This document shows, piece by piece, positions 53,701 to 64,000 of a stretch of 64,000 nt of DNA (position 1 is its first letter; every line of letters starts with the position of its first letter). Below the pieces are notes generated by a model. The model searched no databases. It saw nothing but the letters and a program-made list of their open reading frames with translations, and was not told the origin of the DNA. The DNA lies in the NCBI RefSeq assembly GCF_964355755.1, contig NC_092672.1:17373237-17437236 (forward strand), given 5' to 3'. The stretch comes from Antedon mediterranea. Taxonomy: Eukaryota; Animalia; Echinodermata. The position numbers and the translations under genes are program-made.

Positions 53701-56700
53701 TTAGTTATCCGCACTTGGCGGATAACTCCTTGTTATTGTATGGGATCAATATTTTTTTCTGTATTATTCTTCTTTCTTTCTCGCTATTTTTGTGTAGAGC
53801 GTTTCTCTAAAATGTGTAAACATAACATTTCATAACTTTGACAACATGTGGGCATTTACGTGAACTTGTGCACCTCCTATTTTTTAATGACGTCAGAGTT
53901 GTGCAACGTGACTTACGTGCGATTTTATGAATTTCGCGTATTTAACATAGATCGAAAACCATAAAAGATTTTAAACTGAAACTTTGCAAAAGTTTAATTT
54001 GTGTCATGCGCTAACTTCCTGTTAAAAAAAAATTGCGTGTTTTACACAAAGTTACGTGTGCACGCGCATTTAAAATTTTAAAATGCGCAAAATTAATTTC
54101 TATTCAATTTTCTACGAGTTTCATGTCATTTTAAGCATGTCAAAAATTCCCACGCGTGCGCAAATTTTTACGTGTGTGGTGCGCACGTAGCATTAAAAAC
54201 ATATTTTTTTCGCGTGATTTATATTTGTCCAGCCTTTTCTAGTAATTTTACCAACTTTTAAACAATTTCGACTTAAAGTTACGTCATACGAGCACGTCGA
54301 ATTGGACAATTTGCGCGCGTTTTTGATGAAAAAGTTAAAAAATTTGTCAAAATTATGCCTTTTTTTAAACAGTCATAATTTCTAAACTACACGATCAACT
54401 TTTTGTGGATGACAAATTCTGGAAGTTGATGAGTTGTAGATATCGGATCATGTATTTTTATGGCTAACCGGACATTGTGACGTCATCGTATGGCCACGTG
54501 AATATAAAATTTAGGATTTTTGTATCTTTCGTCATAGCTCATCACATTTAGTAGAACGCATCGCCACTTATCAGTTTTCCATTTTCACGCCGATTTTGAT
54601 ATTGTCTAGGTAAATCAACTATCTTTCGCACAAGTTAAAAATATTTAAATTTTTATGAGGTCATCATGCCTAAAAATTTTAATTACGTGGGTCATTAATT
54701 TCATCTTTACAGTAAATTTTTATCTGTTGTAGCTCGTAAGAATAAAATGTGATAATCACGATTAAAACATTTTCTGGAAGCTATTGGATTGTAGATACGA
54801 AATCCTGTGAACATTTTGCCAATCGCATGTTGTGACGTCATCATATGGCCAGTTAAATAAAAAATGTCGTATTTTCATATTTTGCGTCATCATTCATTAC
54901 ATTTAAAAGAACGCGCATCAATATTTCACGTATTCGAATTTCTTCTACACGTTAATATGTTGTTACTGAGATAATTTCCTCCCGAAATTGCTATCTTAGT
55001 GTTTCATTTTGATACCGTAACCATGTTAAAAATTTGAATAAATTGCGGGTTCCGTAATTTCACCTATTCTACACTGTATGTAATATGTATACAGATTATA
55101 CTGTTTGCATGTATATACTATATGACACAAAATAAACTGAATTCAGCACTAAAAACGTATGATATTCTTCAGTTCAGGTCATAATGCCATAATCTTTATC
55201 TGTGTGCAATATTCCAACGTATGACGTGCACGTGGCGTTTGTCGTGCGGATAACTAACTCGTCAAAGTGACGAGTTTCATGTCTAGTTCTTCTTTCTTTC
55301 TGTATGATTTTTGTGTAACGCTTTTCTCCAAAACTCGCAAACATAACATTTTGGTAACTCTCTTAACATATTGACATTTACGTAACGTCGTCAAGCGAAG
55401 CTTTTCATGACGTTTACAATTGCGCAACGTGACTTACGCGCGATTTAACGATTTTGTCATATTTAACATAGCTCGACAACCAAATAACATTTCAACTTGA
55501 AACTTTGCAAAAGTTTAATTTATATCATGCGCTAACTTTCTGTTGAAAAAAAATTGCGTGTTATACACAAAGTTACGCGCGCACGCGCATTTAAAATTTC
55601 AAAATGCGCAAAATTAATTTATAATCAACTTTCTACGCGTTTCATGTCGTTTTAAGCATGTCAAAAATTCCCACGCGTGCGCACATTTTTACGTGTGCGG
55701 TGCGCACGTAGAATTGAAAACGTAATTTTTTCGCGTGATTTATGTTTTTCCAGCCTTTTCTAGTAATTTTACCAAATTTTAAACAATTTTGACTTAAAGA
55801 TACGTCATACGAGCACGTCGAATTGGCCAATTTGCGCGCGTTTTTTATGAAAAGGTTAAAAAATTCGTTTAAAATATGACTTTTTTTAAACAGTCGTAAT
55901 TTCTAAACTAGACGGTCAAATTTTTGTGGATGACATTTTCTAGAAGTAGATGAGTTGTAGATATCGGATCAGGTATTAATATGGCTAACCGGACATTGTG
56001 ACGTCATCGTATGGCCACGCGAATATAAAATTTAGGATTTTTGTATCTTTCGTCATAGCTCATCACATTGAATAGAGCGAATCTCCACTTATCCGTTTTC
56101 CATTTTCACCCCGATTTTGATATTGTCTAGGTCAATCAACTATCTTTTGCATGAGTTAAAAATATTTTAATTTTTTTGACGTCATCATGCCTAAAAATTT
56201 AAATCACGTGTGGCATCAATTTCATCTTTACAGTAAATTTTAATCTGTTATAGCTCGTAAGAATAAAATTTGATAATCACGATTAAAACTTTTTCTGGAA
56301 GCTATTGGATTGTAGATACGAAATTATGTAAAAATGTTGCCAATCGGATGTTGTGACGTCATCATATGGCCAGTTAAATAAAAAAGGTCGTATTTTCATC
56401 TTTTGCGTCATAATTCATTACATTTAAAAGAGCGCGCATCAATATTTCACGTATTCAAATTTCTTCTACACGCTAATACGTTGTTGCTGAGATAATTTCC
56501 TTTCGGAATTGCTACCTTCCCGTTTCATTTTAAAACCGTCAACATGTTAAAAATTGCAATAAATAGCGGGTCCCGTAAGTTCACATATTCTACACTGTAT
56601 GTGATATGGATACAGATTATCCTGTGTATACTATAATTATATGAATTTATATATAGATAAAATTCAGCAATAACAACATATCATATTCTTCAGTTCAGGT

Positions 56701-59700
56701 CATAATGCCAACGTGAACACTTCCTTTTGTCCTCAACCTATCCCCTTAATGTTAATGTTGCACCACTTGCGCGGCGGATAACCAAACTCGTCAAAGTGAC
56801 GAGTTACATGTCTAGTCATCTTTTTATTTTTCTTCTTTCTTTCTGTATGATTTTTGTGTAACGCTTTTCTCTAAAACTCGCAAACATAACATTTCGGTAA
56901 CTATCTTAACATATTGACATTTACGTAACGTCGTCAAGCGAAGCTTTTCATGATGTTTGCAATTGCGCAACGTGACGTACGCGCGATTTAACGTTTTTCT
57001 CGTATTTAACATATGTTGAAAACCAAATAACATTTCAACTTGAAACTTCGCAAAAGTTTAATTTATATCATGCGCTAACTTTATGTTGAAAAAAAATTGC
57101 GTGTTTTACACAAAGTTACGCGCGCACGCGCATTTAAAATTTCAAAATGCGCAAAATTAATTTATAATCAACTTTCTACGCGTTTCTGGTCGTTTTAAGC
57201 ATGTCAAAAATTCCCACGCGTGCGCACATTTTTACGTGTGCGGTACGCACGTAGCATTGAAAACGTATTTTTTTCGCGATTTATGTTTTTCCAGCCTTTT
57301 CTAGTAATTTTACCAAATTTTAAACAATTTCGACTTAAAGATACGTCATACGAGTACGTCGAATTGGACAATTTGTGCGCGTTTTTTATGAAAAGGTTAA
57401 AAAATTCGTTTAAAATATGCCTTTTTTTAAACAGTCTTAATTTCTAAACTAGACGGTCAATTTTTTGTGGATGACATATTCTGGAAGTAGATGAGTGGTA
57501 GATATCGGATCAGGTATTGATATGGCTAACCGGACATTGTGACGTCATCGTATGGCCACGCAAATATAAAATTTAGGATTTTTGTATCTTTCGTCATAGC
57601 TCATCACATTGAATAGAGCGCATCTCCACTTATTCGTTTTCCATTTTCACCCCGATTTTGATATTGTCTAGGTCAATCAACTATCTTTCGCATGAGTTAA
57701 AAATATTTTAATTTTTTTGACGTCATCATGCCTAAAAATTTAAATCACGTGTGGCATTAATTTCATCTTTACAGTAAATTTTAATCTGTTATAGCTCGTA
57801 AGAATAAAATGTGATAATCAAGATTAAAACTTTTTCTGGAAGCTATTGAATTTTAGATACGAAATTATGTAAAAATGTTGCCAATCGGATGTTGTGACGT
57901 CATCATATGGCCAGTTATATAAAAAAGGTCGTATTTTCATCTTTTGCGTCATAATTCATTACATTTAAACGAGCGCGCATCAATATTTCACGTATTCAAA
58001 TTTCTTCTACATGCTAATACGTTGTTGCTGAGATAATTTCCTTTCGGAATTGCTAACTTCGCGTTTCATTTTAAAACCGTCAACACGTTAAAAATTGCAA
58101 TAAATAGCGGGTCCCGTAATTTCACCTATTCTATGTATGTCACTGTATGTGATATGGATACAGATTATACTATGTATACTATATATGAATTTAAATAATA
58201 AAATTCAGCAACATATCATATTCTTCAGTTCAGGTCATAATGCCAACGTGAACACTTCCTTTTGTCCTCAACCTATCCCCTTAATGTTAATGTTGCACCA
58301 CTTGCGCGGCGGATAACCAAACTCGTCAAAGTGACGAGTTACATGTCTAGTTTCTCTTCTTTCTTTCTGTATGATTTTTGTGGAACGCTTTTCTCTAAAA
58401 CTTGTAAACATAACATTTTGTAACTTTTTCAACATATTGTCATGCACATGAAGATGTGCAGCGAAGCTTTTCATGATGTTTACAATTGCGCAACGTGACG
58501 TACGCGCGATTTAACGATTTTGTCGTATTTAACATAGCTCGACAACCAAATAACATTTCAACTTGAAACTTTCCCAAAGTTTAATTTATATCATGCGCTA
58601 ACTTTCTGTTGAAAAAAAATTGCGTGTTTTACATAAAGTTACGCGCGCACGCGCATTTAAAATTTCAAAATGCGCAAAATTAATTTATAATCAACTTTCT
58701 ACGCGTTTCATGTCGTTTTAAGCATGTCAAAAATTCCCACGCGTGCGCACATTTTTACGTGTGCGGTGCGCACGTAGCATTGAAAACGTATTTTTTTCGC
58801 GTGATTTATGTTTTTCCAGCCTTTTCTAGTAATTTTACCAAATTTTAAACAATTTCGACTTAAAGATACGTCATACGAGCACGTCGAATTGGACAATTTG
58901 CGCGCGTTTTTTATGAAAAGGTTAAAAAATTCGTTTAAAATATGACTTTTTTTAAACAGTCGTAATTTCTAAACTAGACGGTCAAATTTTTGTGGATGAC
59001 ATATTCTAGAAGTAGATGAGTTGTAGATATCGGATCAGGTATTAATATGGCTAACCGGACATTGTGACGTCGTCGTATGGCCACGCGAATATAAAATTTA
59101 GCATTTTTGTATCTTTCGTCATAGCTCATCACATTGAATAGAGCGCATCTGCACTTATCCGTTTTCCATTTTCTCCCCAATTTTGATATTGTCTAGGTCA
59201 ATCAACTATCTTTCGCATGAGTTAAAAATATTTTAATTTTTTTGACGTCATCATGCCTAAAAATTTAAATCACGTGTGGCATCAATTTCATCTTTACAGT
59301 AAATTTTAATCTGTTATAGCTCGTAAGAATAAAATTTGATAATCACGATTAAAACTTTTTCCTGAAGCTATTGGATTGTAGATACGAAATTATGTAAAAA
59401 TGTTGCCAATTGGATGTTGTGACGTCATCATATGGCCAGTTAAATAAAAAAGGTCGTATTTTCATCTTTTGCGTCATAATTCATTACATTTAAAAGAGCG
59501 CGCATCAATATTTCACGTATTCAAATTTCTTCTACACGCTAATACGTTGTTGCTGAGATAATTTCCTTTCGGAATTGCTACCTTCCCGTTTCATTTTAAA
59601 ACTGTCAACATGTTAAAAATTGCAATAAATAGCGGGTCCCGTAATTTCACCTATTCTACACTGTATGTGATATGGATACAGATTATACTGTGTATACTAT

Positions 59701-62700
59701 ATATGAATTTATATATAGATAAAATTCAGCAATAACAACATATCATATTCTTCAGTTCAGGTCATAATGCCAACGTGAACACTTCCTTTTGTCCTCAACC
59801 TATCCCCTTAATGTTAATGTTGCACCACTTGCGCGGCGGATAACCAAACTCGTCAAAGTGACGAGTTACATGTCTAGTTCTGTATTATTCTTCTTTCTTT
59901 CTCGCTATTTTTGTGTAGAGCGTTTCTCTAAAATGTGTAAACATAACATTTCATAACTTTGACAACATGTGGGCATTTACGTGAACTTGTGCACCTCCTA
60001 TTTTTTAATGACGTCAGAGTTGTGCAACGTGACTTACGTGCGATTTTATGAATTTCGCGTATTTAACATAGATCGAAAACCATAAAAGATTTTAAACTGA
60101 AACTTTGCAAAAGTTTAATTTGTGTCATGCGCTAACTTCCTGTGAAAAAAAAATTGCGTGTTTTACACAAAGTTACGCGTGCACGCGCATTTAAAATTTT
60201 AAAATGCGCAAAATTAATTTCTAATCAATTTTCTACGAGTTTCATGTCATTTTAAGCATTTCAAAAATTCCAACGCGTGCGCAAATTTTTACGTGTGTGG
60301 TGCGCACGTAGCATTAAAAACATATTTTTTTTGCGTGATTTATATTTTTCCAGCCTTTTCTAGTAATTTTACCAACTTTTAAACAATTTTGACATAAAGT
60401 TACGTCATACGAGCACGTCGAATTGGACAATTTGCGCGCGTTTTTGATGAAAAAGTTCAAAAATTTGTCAAAATTATGCCTTTTTTTAAACAGTCATAAT
60501 TTCTAAACTACACGATCAACTTTTTGTGGATGACAAATTCTGGAAGTTGATGAGTTGTAGATATCGGATCATGTATTTTTATGGCTAACCGGACATTGTG
60601 ACGTCATCGTATGGCCACGTGAATATAAAATTTAGGATTTTTGTATCTTTCGTCATAGCTCATCACATTTAGTAGAACGCATCGCCACTTATCAGTTTTC
60701 CATTTTCACCCCGATTTTGATATTGTCTAGGTAAATCAACTATCTTTCGCACAAGTTAAAAATATTTAAATTTTTATGAGGTCATCATGCCTAAAAATTT
60801 TAATTACGTGGGTCATTAATTTCATCTTTACAGTAAATTTTTATCTGTTGTAGCTCGTAAGAATAAAATGTGATAATCACGATTAAAACATTTTCTGGAA
60901 GCTATTGGATTGTAGATACGAAATCCTGTGAACATTTTGCCAATCGCATGTTGTGACGTCATCATATGGCCAGTTAAATAAAAAATGTCGTATTTTCATA
61001 TTTTGCGTCATCATTCATTACATTCAAAAGAACGCGCATCAATATTTCACGTATTCGAATTTCTTCTACACGTTAATATGTTTTTACTGAGATAATTTCC
61101 TCCCGAAATTGCTATCTTAGTGTTTCATTTTGATACCGTAACCATGTTAAAAATTTGAATAAATTGCGGGTTCCATAATTTCACCTATTCTACACTGTAT
61201 GTAATATGTATACAGATTATACTGTTTGCATGTATATACTATATGACACAAAATAGACTGAATTCAGCACTAAAAACGTATGATATTCTTCAGTTCAGGT
61301 CATAATGCCATAATCTTTATCCGTGTGCAATATTCCAACGTATGACGTGCACGTGGCGTTTGTCGTGCGGATAACTAACTCGTCAAAGTGACGAGTTTCA
61401 TGTCTAGTATTATTCTTCTGTCTTTCTCCCTCACTTTTTGTGCAGAGCGTATCTCTAAAATGGGTAAACATAACATTTCATAACTTTGTCAACATATGGG
61501 CATTTACGTGAAGTTGTGCACCTCCTATTTTTGAATGACGTCAGAGTTGCGCAACGTGACTTACGCGCGATTTTATGATTTTTTATGATTGCTCATAGAC
61601 TAAAAACCAAGCATAATTTAGTTTTGACACTTTGTGAAAATTTAAGTCATATCAAGTGCAAACTTTTTATTGATTAAAAATGGCATGTTTTACAAGAAGT
61701 TACGCGCGCACGCGCATTTAAAGTTTCAAAATGCGTAAAATTAATTTGTAATCAACTTTTTACACGACTCATGACATTTCGCGCATGTCAAAAATTCCCA
61801 CGTGCACGCATTTTTTTACGCGCGCGGTGGCCACGTACCATGAAAAACATCTTTTTTTCTCATGAATTATGTTTTTCCAGCCTTCTAGAGTAATTTTACC
61901 ATTTTAAAACCATTTGTGACTTTAAATTACGTCATACGAGCACGTCGAATTGGAAAATTTACGCGCGTTTTTGATCAAAAAGCTAAAAAAATCGTCAAAA
62001 TTATGCCTTTTTTTAAACAGTCGTAGTTTCTAAACTAAACGGTGAAAGTTATTTTTATTACATATTCTGGAAGTTGATGAGTTGTAGATATCAAATCATA
62101 CATTAATATGGCTAACAGGACATTTTGACGTCATCGTATGGCCACACGAATATAAAATATAGGATTTTTGTCTCTTTCGTTATTGCTCATCACATTCAAT
62201 GGAGCGCATCACGCTTATCCGTATTCCATTTTCTCCGAGATTTTAATATTGTCTAGGTCAATCAACTACCTTTTGCATGAGTTAAAAATATTTTAATATT
62301 TGTAACGTCATCATGCCTAAAAATGTTAATTACTTGGGTCATTAATTTCATCTTTACAGTAAATTTTAATCTGTTATCGCTCGTAAGAACAAAATGGGAT
62401 AATCACGATTAAAATGTTTTCTGGAAGCTATTGGATTGTAGATACGAAATCATGTAAACATTTTGCCAATCGGATGTTGTGACGTCATCATATGGCCAGT
62501 TAAATAAAAAAAGTCGTATTTTCACCTTTTGCGTCATAGTTCATTACATTTAAAAGAACGCGCATCAATATTTCACGTGTTGAAATTTCTTCCACACGTT
62601 AATATGTTGTTGCTGAGATAATTTCCTTCCGAAATTGCTACATTCGCGTTTCATTTTGAAACCGTCAATATGTTAAAAATTTGAATAAATAGCGGGTCCC

Positions 62701-64000
62701 GTAATTTCACCTATTCTACACTGTATGTGATATGTATACAGATTATACTGTGTATACTATATGACACAAAATAACAGAATTCAGCAATAAAAACATATCA
62801 TATTCTTCAGTTCAGGTCACAATGCCATAATCTTTTTCCGTGAGCAATATTCCAACGTATGACGTGCACGTGGCGTTTGTCGTGCGGATAACTAACTCGT
62901 CAAAGTGACGAGTTTCATGTCTAGTTCTTCTTTCCATCCTTCCTTTTTGTGGATCGCGTTTCTCTAAAATGTGTAAACATAACATTTCATAACTTTGACA
63001 ACATATGGGCATTTACGTGAAGTTGTGCACCTCCTATTTTTGAATGACGTCATAGTTGCGCAACGTGACTTACACGCAATTTTATGAATTTCAATGATTG
63101 ATCATAGATTAAAAACCAAAAGTCATTTAGTATTGACACTTTGACAAAATTTAAGTCATATCAGGGGCAAACTTTCTACGGATTAAAAATGGCATGTTTC
63201 ACAAGAAGTTACGCGCGCACGCGCATTTAAAATTTCAAAATGCGCAAAATTAATTTCTAATCAACTTTTTATGCGTTTCTTGTCATTTTGAGCATGTCAA
63301 AAATTCCCACGGGCGCGCAATTTTTTACGCACGCGGTGCACACAAAAACATTTTTTTCTCTTGAATTATATTTTTCAAGCCTTTCCTAGTAATTTTGAAA
63401 ACAATTTAGACCTTTTCCAATTTAAATAACGCCATACGAACACGTTGAATTAAACATTTCATGCGCGTTTTTTATAAAAAAGCTTAAAAAATCGTCAAAA
63501 TTTTGTCTTTTTTTAAACAGTCATAGTTTCTAAAGTAAACCGTGAACCGTTTATTTTTATTACAAAATCTAGAAGTTGATGAGTTGTAGATATCGGATCA
63601 TGCATCGATAAGGCCAAAAAAACATTGTGACGTCACGAATGTAAAATATAGGATTTTTGTCTCTTTCGTTATTGCTCATCACATTCAATGGAGCGCATCA
63701 CGCTTATCTGTATTCCTTTTTCTCCTACATTTATATATTGTGTAGGTCAATCAACTTTCTTTAGCATGAGATAAAAATATTTTAATTTTTATGACGTCAT
63801 CATGCCTAAAAATTTTAATTACGTGGGTCATTAATTTCATCTTTACAGTAAATTTTATTCTGTAATAGCTCGTAAGAATAAAATGTGATAATCACGATTA
63901 AAACGTTTTCTGGAAGCTATTGGATTGTAGATACGAATTCATGTAAACATTTTGCCAATCGGATGTTGTGACGTCATCATATGGCCAGTTGAATAAAAAA

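Larger units (their letters stand above)
31781..64000 (+). mobile_element. Cluster of ~17 Helentron/DINE-1-like non-autonomous elements (HINEs, ~1.15-1.7 kb each), same orientation, nested
   Basis: 5' head: subTIR TT(A/G)GTTATCCGC, a short inverted repeat, then a T/TTC-rich tract. 3' end: subTIR GCGGATAAC(T/C)AA, hairpin ACTCGTCAAAGTGACGAGT, CTAG|T. Units end at 33515, 34667, 36093, 43601, 45175, 46942, 48614, 50974, 52112, 53700, 55286, 56815, 58350, 59877, 61407 and 62924. Confidence 0.9.

Noticed and set aside
32358-59180. Recurrent 62-aa ORF (MSNSTCSYDVSLSRNCLKFGK..)
   Set aside because: It has no ATG start, no recognisable domain and is disrupted in other units; it recurs only because the HINE is repeated.
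31781-64000. Simple macrosatellite or rolling-circle concatemer
   Set aside because: The units belong to distinct subfamilies, the heads are unevenly stacked, and split junctions rejoin across long distances, all of which indicate nesting.

Overview
AT-rich eukaryotic (metazoan, probably marine invertebrate; inference) DNA with no prokaryotic features. The only host gene is the 3' part of a flotillin-2 gene on the minus strand (4 coding exons, 23463-27064). I see no upstream exon, so 27065-64000 is probably one intron of more than 37 kb. Everything else is transposon-derived. 1-1340: Penelope-like retroelement (RT + GIY-YIG) with a minimal hammerhead ribozyme. 1348-4455: decayed DIRS element. 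4455-5272: decayed intronless tandem-PC4 / ALKBH2 cassette. 7-11 kb: LINE, DDE-transposase, SINE and Helitron relics. 11.4-17.9 kb: inverted 106-bp satellite arrays around an 87-bp satellite that holds a second hammerhead. 27140-31397: Academ-type element with nested inserts. From 31781 to the end there are ~17 Helentron/DINE-1-like (HINE) units. The junction sequences show these units are not a plain tandem array: they form a self-targeted 'Russian-doll' stack, where stacked 5' heads are closed last-in-first-out by bodies up to 14.6 kb away. All calls were made by eye; no database searches were run.
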